DNA of 42,961 nucleotides from a virus, in IMG/VR virus record IMGVR_UViG_3300045988_175038; one strand, 5' to 3'. The notes below the pieces were generated by a model. The model made no database searches. It had not been told where the DNA came from and worked only from the letters and a program-made list of their open reading frames with translations. Below are positions 17,733-27,132 of the stretch, piece after piece (within the stretch, counting starts at the first letter, position 1; the number at the start of each line of letters is the position of its first letter). Position numbers and translations under genes: made by a program.

Positions 17733-17975
17733 ATGCAGAATTCAATTTTATTAAGTGATGCGCAGGTGAGACCTGCAGGCATCAGCGTTGAGGAGGGCAT
17801 CAATACCCTCAAGTGTGAAATCAAGAAGCTCGCCAAGACCAAGAGTGAGACCTTCAGCTATATCTGCGGGGAGACCGTGACCTATGGAGAGGTTGTGCTC
17901 ACCATGGTTGGTTTCGCAGCTGTGATGGCTGTTGTCATGATTGGTGGTTTCATTTTCGGAGGGGAGATAGCGTGA
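17733..17975 (+). CDS. Small protein with a C-terminal transmembrane helix
   Basis: VVLTMVGFAAVMAVVMIGGFIFGG is hydrophobic. The stop overlaps the next start (TGATG). Confidence 0.5.
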   Translation: MQNSILLSDAQVRPAGISVEEGINTLKCEIKKLAKTKSETFSYICGETVTYGEVVLTMVGFAAVMAVVMIGGFIFGGEIA

Positions 17976-18268
17976 TGAAGAAAAGTAGAAACCGCAGAAG
18001 ACGCACAGCAAAGCTGACAAGAAAGGACATCAGCAGATGCAAGTTCTTCGCTATTAAAGGCAGGCAGATGAACGCCTATAAGGTAGAAATCAAATTTTGG
18101 AGAGACAACAACGTTGTCGCATCAGTTGTTTTCATCGATGATGCTCCAAACAAGCAGACTATTATCCGATGGTATGATCATCGCTACTTTGCTCTTCGAT
18201 ATGGAGCTAAAGAGGCTGAGCCACTCAATATGACTTTGGCCAAGTGGAAAACCATAAACAACGATTAG
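17975..18268 (+). CDS. Hypothetical protein with a basic N-terminus
   Basis: The ATG at 17975 overlaps the previous stop (MKKSRNRRRRTAK...). Confidence 0.5.
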   Translation: MKKSRNRRRRTAKLTRKDISRCKFFAIKGRQMNAYKVEIKFWRDNNVVASVVFIDDAPNKQTIIRWYDHRYFALRYGAKEAEPLNMTLAKWKTINND

Positions 18269-18270
18269 GC

Positions 18271-18540
18271 ATGAAAGAAAATAATTCAACCAACCTGCAC
18301 ATGACAGCAGATGTCTGGAATGCGCTAGTAGATATGATGAACGTTGACCAGCTGGACAACTTCATCGAGACTCTTGAGTTTGCTCAAGACAAGTTTATCT
18401 CAAACGAGGTAATAACCAATGCCGTGGATGATTTTGGCGGTGCCGGACAGGTTCTTCTGATGCTCAATGCATTCAAGCGCATGGAGAACCTCTTCAAGAC
18501 CATCAACAAGGCTCTGAAGGCGAAAGGAGGTGTGGCATGA
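18271..18540 (+). CDS. Hypothetical protein
   Basis: The first ATG of the GTG-started track ORF lies 2 nt after the previous stop. Confidence 0.5.
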   Translation: MKENNSTNLHMTADVWNALVDMMNVDQLDNFIETLEFAQDKFISNEVITNAVDDFGGAGQVLLMLNAFKRMENLFKTINKALKAKGGVA

Positions 18541-18851
18541 AAGAGCGCAAGCACATCATAGGCTTCGGCACATACCAAGCCCCTCCACCAGAGCCAGACA
18601 AGGAGACTGAGGATAATCTAGTGGAGCAAGCCCTAGATCAATATCTCATCGACTACAAGCCATACGACCCAGACGATGAGGTTGATCCACAAGAGTTCAA
18701 GACCTCACGAGAGATACAAGAGGCACTCTCCGATATGGTGACAATCTCTATCTCTACCATCACAAAGTACATGAACTCGCATGGCTATGACATGGTAAAT
18801 GTCGAGGGCGGCGGTCTCACCTGGCACCTGCAGCGAGATGCCCCCTTCTAA
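18537..18851 (+). CDS. Hypothetical acidic protein
   Basis: Linked to the upstream gene by an ATGA overlap. Confidence 0.5.
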   Translation: MKERKHIIGFGTYQAPPPEPDKETEDNLVEQALDQYLIDYKPYDPDDEVDPQEFKTSREIQEALSDMVTISISTITKYMNSHGYDMVNVEGGGLTWHLQRDAPF

Positions 18852-18939
18852 AAAACAAGATCATTTTTTTCATTTTTAGTAAACAATAAAACGACGGATG
18901 GGGCCTTAGGCACATGGCATGGCAGCTCTATCCCCCAGT

Positions 18940-18976
18940 ACCCGGTAGTCGCAAGACTATCGGGTATTTTTATTTT
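18940..18976 (+). terminator. Rho-independent terminator (module shared with 33547-33584)
   Basis: An 11-bp stem (18940-18950 pairs with 18955-18965) has a GCAA tetraloop and is followed by ATTTTTATTTT. Confidence 0.65.
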
Positions 18977-18990
18977 CCTCCTTTTCTTCC

Positions 18991-18998
18991 TAACTTTG
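18991..18998 (+). promoter_or_regulatory. -7 promoter box TAACTTTG(C)
   Basis: It lies 26 nt after the terminator stem and 24 nt before the ATG at 19022. Confidence 0.55.
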
Positions 18999-19021
18999 CA
19001 GTGTTTTAATGAGACAACAAT

Positions 19022-20083
19022 ATGATCACTGCAACAAAACCAACTTCGCCATTGTTTACATCGTCGCTCGATACCTTTACATTTAAGATATCGGGCGACA
19101 CCGCTACCGTCACCATCAAGTGCAACGGCATGGAGCTGCTCAGCGAGACCTACTACCCAGTCTCTGGCTCCATCACCATCTACGACCTCGGCACACTCAT
19201 CGCCGATGCCGTGCGACCTACAGTGACAGCTTCCTTCACCATCGACATCACAGAGCACCAGGGCGAGAGCGATATCGCCACATGGTCGAGCGGTGCCATC
19301 ATCGCCTACTACGCCACCGTTGACATCGACATGTCGTGCTCATCATTCATAGACCGATACTTCCTCACCCTCCTCGATGGCACCAAGCTCACTCGACTGG
19401 GGCATCGTGAATATCTCCATGCCGCTGGCATCAACAGCTCCACCCCTACCGTGGTGGCACAGTTCTTCAAAGACAACCAGGTCACCACCGTTCAGGTTCC
19501 ATCCTCAGCCACACCTACCCACACCGCCAACGGCATCACCTCATTCGATGTCTCACCAGACCGATACTGCGACGCATCAGAGGGCTACCTCTTCGCCTAC
19601 ACCGTCACCGTGGGCGACCGCACCCAGCAATATCAGATTGACCACACAGGCTCCATTGCCGACCCAGTGCTCCTCTTCACCAACAGCTTCGGCTGCCAAG
19701 AGATTTTCTATTGCCTGGGCAAGAAGAAAATCGCACCGATTTTCGAGCGCAAGAGTGCCGTCATCGGGGGCAAAAAGATAAATTACCAAGTCAAAGAGAC
19801 ACGCACTTTCGAGGGCGACACGGGCATCATCCCACCATCCATGGCACACTTCGCCGAAGACCTGCTGCGCTCCGATGAGGTTTACCTGTTCCGTGACTAT
19901 GCCCAGGATAAGCAAATCACCCTCACAGACTCCAAGAGCGAGCGCACCAACGAGGCTGACGACCTCGCTGAGTTCACCTTCTCATACCAGTACTCTCAGC
20001 GCATCCAGAATGTCGTGTTCAAAAACATCGACACCTCGTCAGGCAAGATCTTCGATGCCTCCTTCGATGACACGTTCAATTAA
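19022..20083 (+). CDS. Hypothetical virion-module protein
   Basis: A 353-aa ORF, first gene of the GC-rich late block. Confidence 0.55.
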   Translation: MITATKPTSPLFTSSLDTFTFKISGDTATVTIKCNGMELLSETYYPVSGSITIYDLGTLIADAVRPTVTASFTIDITEHQGESDIATWSSGAIIAYYATVDIDMSCSSFIDRYFLTLLDGTKLTRLGHREYLHAAGINSSTPTVVAQFFKDNQVTTVQVPSSATPTHTANGITSFDVSPDRYCDASEGYLFAYTVTVGDRTQQYQIDHTGSIADPVLLFTNSFGCQEIFYCLGKKKIAPIFERKSAVIGGKKINYQVKETRTFEGDTGIIPPSMAHFAEDLLRSDEVYLFRDYAQDKQITLTDSKSERTNEADDLAEFTFSYQYSQRIQNVVFKNIDTSSGKIFDASFDDTFN

Positions 20084-20100
20084 ACAAAACTCCTTCAGAT

Positions 20101-20373
20101 ATGGCAAAAAACACAGACAACAAGACCGCCAAGGCCATCCACATCAACGAGCTGCGCCGTGCCCTCGACATCTCGCGCATCGACCGCACGCCCGTGGACC
20201 TGGACTGCTGGAAGGCAGCCGATGGTTCCATCATCCAGTACCGGGGCTGGCTGGTGAAGAGCAGTTCCTGGCAGCAGGGAACCCACAACCTCTACAATCC
20301 GGTGAATCACCAGATACGCAAGGTGAGGGATATCTTCATCTTCAGATACAATGACCATCCAATATACTTATAA
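20101..20373 (+). CDS. Hypothetical protein
   Basis: A 90-aa ORF between two late genes. Confidence 0.45.
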   Translation: MAKNTDNKTAKAIHINELRRALDISRIDRTPVDLDCWKAADGSIIQYRGWLVKSSSWQQGTHNLYNPVNHQIRKVRDIFIFRYNDHPIYL

Positions 20374-20378
20374 TAATT

Positions 20379-21782
20379 ATGGCAAGCAACAACAACAGCA
20401 ACAACATAGACATCACCTATGCCACCATGGGCGAGGTGATGGATTATCAGACATCATCGCCCACGAGCGGTTTCACGGAGTCGTCCACAGTCTTCGATGA
20501 TGATGGTACCACGCCTCTCGTCAGCGTGGAAGTCGGGGGAAAGGAATATACCTATGTACCCTTCGGCTACGAGAACCAGCTGCCCTACGAGCTGATCAGC
20601 AACATAGGCAGGAGCAGCGTGATGGCTCAGAACAAACTCTTCAACGTGCTCACCTGCTACGGCATGGGCTTCCAGTATAACGACATCGAGACCAAGCTTC
20701 CGAGCAAGGACCGGGAAGTGAACCTCTTCAGGATGCACAACTCGATGAGCCGCTTCTTCCTGGAACAGATTACCGACATGAAGTATTTCTTCTTCTGCGT
20801 ATCTGCCATCGTGCTCAACAAGAAGGGCGACAAGATTGTGGCGGTAAGACACAAGGAGGCGTGCTACTGCCGGTTTACCAAGAGCGTGAACGGACGCTCG
20901 GAATATGTGCTCTATGCCAACTGGAGAAATGCCACCGTGCCAGCCAACATAGAGGTGCTGCCACTGCTCGACGAGCTGGATCCGCTGGGCGACCTGCAGA
21001 AGCGCATGGGGCTGGACGGCCAGAACGGCAAGGTGAAGGCAAGACAGTCGGGGCAACCGGGATGCAAGGACAGGGTCTTTGCCATCGTTACCCGCTTCCC
21101 TACCCCGGGCTGCCAGTACTATCCCGTGCCCTACTACTCCGCCATCTTCCGGGACAAATGGTATGACATCTCCCGTCTCATCGCCATCGGCAAGATGGCG
21201 AAGCTGAAGAACCACGCCACCATCCCCTACCTGGTAGAGATACACAACGACTACTGGCGCGGCATCTTCAAGGAGGAGCACATCACCAGTACGGAGGAAC
21301 AGAAGAAGCGCAAGCTTGCCGAAAAGGAGAAGATACGCGACTTCATCTCGGGCATAGAGAACAGCGGCAAGCTCTGGATAGCGGGCTACTATACCACGCC
21401 CGACGGCAAGGAGGTGAAGATGGTGCGCATCACCCGCATCGATACCTCGAAGGACGGAGGCGACTACAGCGATGATATCGCCGAGAGCAACAACATGCAG
21501 TGCTATGCCGACAATATCCACCCTAACCTGGTGGGCGCCACTCCCGGCAAGAGTCAGAGCAACAATTCGGGTTCCGACAAGCGCGAGCTCTTCACGCTGA
21601 AGCAGAGCATAGAGAAGGCATTCCACGACCTGATGGAGACGGTTCACTGGGTGATCATCTACTTCAACCACTGGGAGGAGAAGGTTTATCCGGATGTGCC
21701 GCTCATCATGCTCACCACGCTCGATGAGAACAAGGATGCCAAGAAAGTGTCTAACAATCCAAATTCAAAGACAGATGATTAA
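20379..21782 (+). CDS. Putative portal protein
   Basis: It is 467 aa. The segment FISGIENSGKLWIAGYY...NIHPNLVGATPGKSQSNNSGSDKRELF resembles the conserved portal core pattern (NaGK ... vPp.LlG ... gsg). Confidence 0.5.
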   Translation: MASNNNSNNIDITYATMGEVMDYQTSSPTSGFTESSTVFDDDGTTPLVSVEVGGKEYTYVPFGYENQLPYELISNIGRSSVMAQNKLFNVLTCYGMGFQYNDIETKLPSKDREVNLFRMHNSMSRFFLEQITDMKYFFFCVSAIVLNKKGDKIVAVRHKEACYCRFTKSVNGRSEYVLYANWRNATVPANIEVLPLLDELDPLGDLQKRMGLDGQNGKVKARQSGQPGCKDRVFAIVTRFPTPGCQYYPVPYYSAIFRDKWYDISRLIAIGKMAKLKNHATIPYLVEIHNDYWRGIFKEEHITSTEEQKKRKLAEKEKIRDFISGIENSGKLWIAGYYTTPDGKEVKMVRITRIDTSKDGGDYSDDIAESNNMQCYADNIHPNLVGATPGKSQSNNSGSDKRELFTLKQSIEKAFHDLMETVHWVIIYFNHWEEKVYPDVPLIMLTTLDENKDAKKVSNNPNSKTDD

Positions 21783-22617
21783 TATTACCGCAGAACAGTT
21801 TGAGCAGCTCCTTCCATTCGTGGGGGCTGCCACGGAAGACGTCTTCACGAAGGCTCTGCCATCGATGGAGAACGTTTACTTCGACCTCGTGGCCACCGTC
21901 ATCGGTTCCGACTTCGAGGATGCCGCCTGTGCTGAAGGCAGCGCTTTACTGGGCAATGTCCGCTCATACGTCATCCTGAAGGCATTCATCCTGCGTCTCC
22001 GTTCCAACGATCTCATCATGACCGACAACGGTTTCGGTATCGTTTCCAACGAAAACATATCGCCTGCATCCCAAGCCAGGGTGGATGCCCTGCTCAGGGA
22101 GCTGACCTACAAGCAGGACCAGCAGCTGCACGGCGTGCTGAACCGCCTGCGTACGGTGGAAGGCTGGAGCGAGACGGTGCAGGCGTGCAACAACATCGCC
22201 TCTTTCTTCTGGTCGCCATTGACGTTGAGGGCTTACTCGAGTGTACGGGGGTTCGTTACCTTCGACGACCTGGCAGCTCACCGCAACGAGATTGGAATGG
22301 CAGAACTGGTGCTGCGCAAACAGTTCTCCGACTCGCTCATCGAGCAGCTGCTTGAGGAAGAGCGCAAGGCACAATATGAGCCATTCCATCGGCACGCCAT
22401 CGTGAAAATGTGCCATTTCATCGGTGCTCACATTTCTACAAAAGAGGCTCCTGCCGACCCTCGATACAAGGATCTTGCCTATGCTGCAGCAGCCAACTTC
22501 ATAGAAGAGAACCTCGATAAATTCCCAAAATACAAGGATTCACCGGCCTACAAGGCCAATCACATGCAAGCGTATGAGAACAAAGCTGACGACCCGACCT
22601 TCTTCTTTGCAGGATGA
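21775..22617 (+). CDS. Hypothetical head/neck-module protein
   Basis: The first ATG at 21775 overlaps the portal stop by 8 nt. Confidence 0.5.
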   Translation: MINITAEQFEQLLPFVGAATEDVFTKALPSMENVYFDLVATVIGSDFEDAACAEGSALLGNVRSYVILKAFILRLRSNDLIMTDNGFGIVSNENISPASQARVDALLRELTYKQDQQLHGVLNRLRTVEGWSETVQACNNIASFFWSPLTLRAYSSVRGFVTFDDLAAHRNEIGMAELVLRKQFSDSLIEQLLEEERKAQYEPFHRHAIVKMCHFIGAHISTKEAPADPRYKDLAYAAAANFIEENLDKFPKYKDSPAYKANHMQAYENKADDPTFFFAG

Positions 22618-23374
22618 CGGAACACTGAACCTTCACGTTCCCCACTCCTGGAGTGAACTGACACAGGACCAGCTGCGCTATGTGCTCATCCTGCTCACCC
22701 AGGGATGGGAGGAGTGGCACGTAAGAACCTACCTTTTCGCCCGGTTTGCCGGCATCAGGGTGCTCAACGAGAAGAAGGACGGCTGGCTCTGCGAAACCAA
22801 GACGGAGAAGGGCGGAAAGGTGAGATTCTTCCTGGAGCTGTGGCAGGTGCAGAGCTTCTGCGAGGCATTCGACTTCGTGTTTGAAGATACCGGGGCTGAA
22901 AACAGGCTCGATTCCATCGGACTCTACAAGGCGGCAGACCTGGAGCTCTACGATTACCCGTTCGAGTATTACATCTGTGCGGACAACTACTTCCAGCAGT
23001 ATCTGCAGTCGGACAAGACGAGCGATGAGCCGCTGAAGGAACTGGCACGATATCTCTATCTGGACAATGAGGGCAACCAGGCAGCGCACATCAAGTGCTC
23101 TACCTATGAGCTGATGGGTGTGTTCCTCTGGTTTATGTGGATAAAGCACAACTTTTCCACAAAGTTCCCCCATCTCTTCAAGCCTGCAGCTGAAGGAGGC
23201 GAAGGAGAAAATGACATGGAGGCATCGATGAATGCACAGATCCGGGCACTCACGGGCGGGGATATCACCAAGGAGGAGACTATCAGGAAAGCCAATGTGT
23301 GGCGGGCACTCACCGAACTGGATGCCAAGGCACGCGAGGCTGAAGAACTGAACAAAAGACTGAAAAAATCATGA
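22574..23374 (+). CDS. Hypothetical protein
   Basis: A 266-aa ORF whose start overlaps the upstream gene by 44 nt. Confidence 0.5.
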   Translation: MRTKLTTRPSSLQDDGTLNLHVPHSWSELTQDQLRYVLILLTQGWEEWHVRTYLFARFAGIRVLNEKKDGWLCETKTEKGGKVRFFLELWQVQSFCEAFDFVFEDTGAENRLDSIGLYKAADLELYDYPFEYYICADNYFQQYLQSDKTSDEPLKELARYLYLDNEGNQAAHIKCSTYELMGVFLWFMWIKHNFSTKFPHLFKPAAEGGEGENDMEASMNAQIRALTGGDITKEETIRKANVWRALTELDAKAREAEELNKRLKKS

Positions 23375-23898
23375 TTAAGACAGAAATCAATACCCCATCG
23401 GTACAGGTAGGCTTCGATGCCTTCTCTTACTTCAGAGATCTGGCAAAGCGCAATAAACTCTGCAGTAATCTCGGTTTCATGCCTACCACCTGCTCCAGTC
23501 CGACGGCATTTGAGGGTATGCTGAGCAATATGTCGAAGAGCAGAAATTTCATCGTTATAGATGATACCAACGACGGTAACGTAGCCATCAATGGTGACGG
23601 CAGCTTCCGTAAGGTAGTTACCTATACGGTATGGATCCTGATGCGATATAAACTGAACGACATGAACGACCGACAGGAAAAGCTCAATACCTGCAGAAAG
23701 ATATTCCGGCAGTTTCTGAGCAGGATCATCATCGATAAGATGAAATGGGAAAACGACTTCACTTATCTGCTGAGCGACCAGGTGGACAATCGGGAGATAG
23801 GTGCTTATTTCATTAACGGGCTTACTGGCGTGGAATTCCATATCGACGTTAGCGAGCCGCTAGACCTGGTATACAACAATGAAGAATGGAATGAATAA
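23371..23898 (+). CDS. Hypothetical protein
   Basis: Linked to the upstream gene by an ATGA overlap. Confidence 0.5.
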   Translation: MIKTEINTPSVQVGFDAFSYFRDLAKRNKLCSNLGFMPTTCSSPTAFEGMLSNMSKSRNFIVIDDTNDGNVAINGDGSFRKVVTYTVWILMRYKLNDMNDRQEKLNTCRKIFRQFLSRIIIDKMKWENDFTYLLSDQVDNREIGAYFINGLTGVEFHIDVSEPLDLVYNNEEWNE

Positions 23899-24337
23899 CG
23901 TCAAGACTCCCGTCTCTCAGGAAGATATCTATGCTTATGAGCGTGGATGGGCAGAAGAGATGGTGAAAATCTGGAAGGAGAAAATCATGCACTACCGCAT
24001 CCGCCATACGGGTGCTCTCTTCAACAGCGTGCAGGCTACTTCCTTCGGAGGTTCCAGCCGCACGATTGCCCATAAGTTCCTGCTCTATGGTCTCTACCAA
24101 GAGACGGGCACTGGCAATGGCTATTACCATGGCAACCCAGGTGACCTAGAGTTCCTCGACCCAGAATATCGTGCCAAGCACCATCTGGGTGAGCCACGCC
24201 AACGCCGCCCATGGTTCAACCGCAAATACTATGCGTCCATCATGAAGCTCAACGATATGGAGGGCTATTTCTATGGCGAGGAGTACAAGGGATTGATGGC
24301 TGACCTCTTCAAGCAGATGTTCGGCACACCCTTATAA
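23879..24337 (+). CDS. Hypothetical protein, possibly an HK97 gp10-like neck protein
   Basis: RIRHTGALFNSVQ loosely resembles the dTGnLrrSi signature. The call also rests on size and position. Confidence 0.35.
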   Translation: MKNGMNNVKTPVSQEDIYAYERGWAEEMVKIWKEKIMHYRIRHTGALFNSVQATSFGGSSRTIAHKFLLYGLYQETGTGNGYYHGNPGDLEFLDPEYRAKHHLGEPRQRRPWFNRKYYASIMKLNDMEGYFYGEEYKGLMADLFKQMFGTPL

Positions 24338-24365
24338 CGTATTTTTAATTTGCACCATTCCTTCG

Positions 24366-24373
24366 TAACTTTG
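24366..24373 (+). promoter_or_regulatory. -7 promoter box TAACTTTG(C)
   Basis: Matches TAnnTTTG 21 nt upstream of the ATG at 24394. Confidence 0.55.
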
Positions 24374-24393
24374 CAAAAAAATAAACAAATACG

Positions 24394-25893
24394 ATGGCAG
24401 ATAAAATAAATACAGAGATACTGCAGAGGGCGTTCGAGTCCATCAGAGACGAGCGTGCCAAGGGTGCCAATACAGCGAGGCGCATTGGCGATGCCTTCCT
24501 CTCCCTCCTAGCCTATGCCTCACAAGACAATGGTGCATACCTCTCTCGTGAGCATGACGATGCCGCCATGGGACTTATCACCTTCCTAAAGGGGCTTGTC
24601 TCCGAGGGGGTGGCTCACCTCAACCAAGGTGCACAGTTTGGTGGTTTTGTCTCTGGCATGGCCACAGGCAAGGGCGCAGCCATCGACGGCGATGGCAATG
24701 CTGAGGTCGAGAGCATCAAGGTGCGCTCATACATGCAGGTGCTTGAGCTGATAGTCAACAGACTCTCAGCCTTCGAGGGTGACCAGTTCTTCACCGAGAG
24801 CGACACCATCGAGCAGGTCGATGACCTAGGCTCAGGTTGCTACGGTCTCCACCTCCGCTCCAAATACCAGGGCTATTTCACCGCACAGCACGTTAACAAC
24901 GTCATCAAGGGCATGGTCAACAACCTAGCCACAGCCACCACCTCGTCCACATCTGCCAGCTATTACACCTCATGGATGCGCATCAACAGCGTCAATGCCG
25001 TCCAAAACTACATCGAGGTCACCCTATACCCCGACACCGAGGTGCCAGGCGGACAAAACTTTCCGCCGTGCGAACTCATGAACATCGCCCGATTCGGCAA
25101 CCAGACAGACGAGACCCTGCAGAGCTGCTTCTATGTCTCCTCCACCGAGGGGCGCATCGTCAAGCTCACAGGTGTCACCAAGCCCATACTGGATGATTAC
25201 AACTACGGCATGGTCTTCGGCACAGTCCCCGAGTGGGTACAGTCCCTCAACCTTCCACTCGTCAAGGGCAGAGACTACCTATATGCCGCTGGCATCATCA
25301 CACAAGACATCATACAGATAGACTACCATGGCAAGCCCATCGTCACCTACGTTGACAGAGGCCCATGGAGCGAGACCGCCGACTATTACAGCGCATCCCT
25401 CAATGAGGATACCCAAAAATACGAGACCTCCGATGTCTGGTACACCGGCTGCAAGTGGAGATGCCAGAAGACAGGCACACACACCGCCCCACGGTGGAAC
25501 AACACCGACTGGGCGATGATCGAGGGCAACCCCAACTTCACCATCGACTTCATCGAGGCTGAGACCGTCTATGATTACGACAACTTCCGTGCGCCCCTCA
25601 CCATCGTGGCATATCTCTACGGTCAAGACATCACCGCCGACATACTCGACAACGATGTCGCCTGGACACGCTACACTGAGAATTCCAGGGGCGAGCAGCG
25701 CGTCTCCTCCGACAACATCTGGTCACTCAACCGAGGCGGAGCAGGCAAGGCCATCGTCCTCACCCAAGACGACCTATCAGTCGACAGCGACGGCATCCCC
25801 AAGGTCATCCGCTTCACAGCCACCGTCACCCTGCGTGACGGCATGGGCGATGAGGTGGCTCAAGACGCCGCCTCATTCGAGTACGCCGTCTAA
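24394..25893 (+). CDS. Tail-fibre-like structural protein
   Basis: A 499-aa ORF, first gene of the operon that ends in the DGR target. Confidence 0.5.
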   Translation: MADKINTEILQRAFESIRDERAKGANTARRIGDAFLSLLAYASQDNGAYLSREHDDAAMGLITFLKGLVSEGVAHLNQGAQFGGFVSGMATGKGAAIDGDGNAEVESIKVRSYMQVLELIVNRLSAFEGDQFFTESDTIEQVDDLGSGCYGLHLRSKYQGYFTAQHVNNVIKGMVNNLATATTSSTSASYYTSWMRINSVNAVQNYIEVTLYPDTEVPGGQNFPPCELMNIARFGNQTDETLQSCFYVSSTEGRIVKLTGVTKPILDDYNYGMVFGTVPEWVQSLNLPLVKGRDYLYAAGIITQDIIQIDYHGKPIVTYVDRGPWSETADYYSASLNEDTQKYETSDVWYTGCKWRCQKTGTHTAPRWNNTDWAMIEGNPNFTIDFIEAETVYDYDNFRAPLTIVAYLYGQDITADILDNDVAWTRYTENSRGEQRVSSDNIWSLNRGGAGKAIVLTQDDLSVDSDGIPKVIRFTATVTLRDGMGDEVAQDAASFEYAV

Positions 25894-25894
25894 A

Positions 25895-25929
25895 TTCAAC
25901 ACTCAACATTCAACATTCAACACTCATAA
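25895..25929. repeat. Heptanucleotide tandem repeat (TTCAACA/CTCAACA), about 4.5 units
   Basis: ttcaaca ctcaaca ttcaaca ttcaaca ctcataa lies between a stop codon and the next ATG. Confidence 0.85.
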
Positions 25930-25931
25930 AT

Positions 25932-27083
25932 ATGAAGACTCGCAGATTAGACTTCAAGTTCACACCGCTCCAACTCAGCGTCTCCATGACGCTAGAGGGC
26001 AGCGTGCCCAACGAGCAGACCTATGATGCCGACAGTGGCGAATACGCACCAGACTATTCCCTCACACCTGCCGTCATCAAGCCTACCGTGGGCATCATAG
26101 ACAGAGACGGCATATTGCAGAGCGGCTGCGTCAACAGCCAGCTCACAGATGTCTCCTGGTGCCGTGTCGTCGATGGTGTCGAGCAGACTACCCTCGTCAA
26201 CGCCACCAACCAGCAGGTCATCACCTTCTCGGGCGATGACACAGGCAAGATCCTCTGGTATCAGAATGCACAGCCACAAAAGCCCATCACCTTGCGCTTC
26301 AAGGCCAAGTTCCTCGACATACGCACAGGCGAGGTACGCAATATCACCCAAGACTTCCCGTTCACCTGCCGCAATGCCACCCTATACAAGCCAGTCCTCT
26401 TGCTCTCATGCGGTGACCGCTTTTACAACCCCCTGAGAGACGAGAGCCTAGCCACCGTCACAGCCTCCCTCAGACTGGGCACAGAGGAGTGCGCCAAGGC
26501 CAAGCGCAAGTTCGCCTGGCAGATGCTGCGCAACACAGGCTACTACACAGACATCACAGATGACGACCTAGAGGTCAGCGTCTCAGCCGATGGCGACTCC
26601 ATCACCATAGACCAGTCGCTCATGGGCGAGAGGTGCAGCCTCCGCTGCCGTGCCCGATACAGTGCCACAGGCAACCCATCGGCCGTGGCACTCACCGATG
26701 CCAGCCCTACCAAGGTCATCACCTTCGCCCGACGCATACCGTCATTCGACTATGACTACATGGGCGTGACTGACAACCTGCCGCCAGGCACCACCTCCAT
26801 ACAGCCAGAGGCATACATCTACGACAATGCCGGCAAGATACCCGATGCCGAGCGCAATCTCTTGCCACTCTGGTACATGGGTGCCAACCTCTCCGCCACC
26901 AAGATAGACTATCGTCTCAAGGGTCACGGCATGCAGCCCACCATCAAGACCGACCTCGTCGACCCAAGCCGAGGCGCAGTCATGGCGCTCGATGTCAAGA
27001 TACTAGACCCGCTCGCCCTGGCAGCCGATGCCGACGGCAAGGTCTTCACAGATGCCGACGGCACCCCATTCGTCTGGCACTAA
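25932..27083 (+). CDS. Tail-fibre-module structural protein
   Basis: A 383-aa ORF flanked on both sides by the heptamer repeat. Confidence 0.5.
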   Translation: MKTRRLDFKFTPLQLSVSMTLEGSVPNEQTYDADSGEYAPDYSLTPAVIKPTVGIIDRDGILQSGCVNSQLTDVSWCRVVDGVEQTTLVNATNQQVITFSGDDTGKILWYQNAQPQKPITLRFKAKFLDIRTGEVRNITQDFPFTCRNATLYKPVLLLSCGDRFYNPLRDESLATVTASLRLGTEECAKAKRKFAWQMLRNTGYYTDITDDDLEVSVSADGDSITIDQSLMGERCSLRCRARYSATGNPSAVALTDASPTKVITFARRIPSFDYDYMGVTDNLPPGTTSIQPEAYIYDNAGKIPDAERNLLPLWYMGANLSATKIDYRLKGHGMQPTIKTDLVDPSRGAVMALDVKILDPLALAADADGKVFTDADGTPFVWH

Positions 27084-27087
27084 ATAA

Positions 27088-27122
27088 TTCAACACTCAAC
27101 ATTCAACATTCAACATTCAACA
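27088..27122. repeat. Heptanucleotide tandem repeat (TTCAACA/CTCAACA), 5 units
   Basis: It shares 30 identical nt (27086-27115) with 25893-25922. Confidence 0.85.
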
Positions 27123-27132
27123 TTAAAAAGAT

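Noticed and set aside
20454-21671. 405-aa minus-strand ORF
   Set aside because: It is fully antisense to the portal-like gene in a GC-rich region and has a low-complexity Val/Leu/Ala/Gly/His composition. This is a typical shadow ORF.
22499-23841. 224-aa and 245-aa minus-strand ORFs
   Set aside because: They are antisense shadows of tightly coupled plus-strand late genes, with no promoter box or terminator context.
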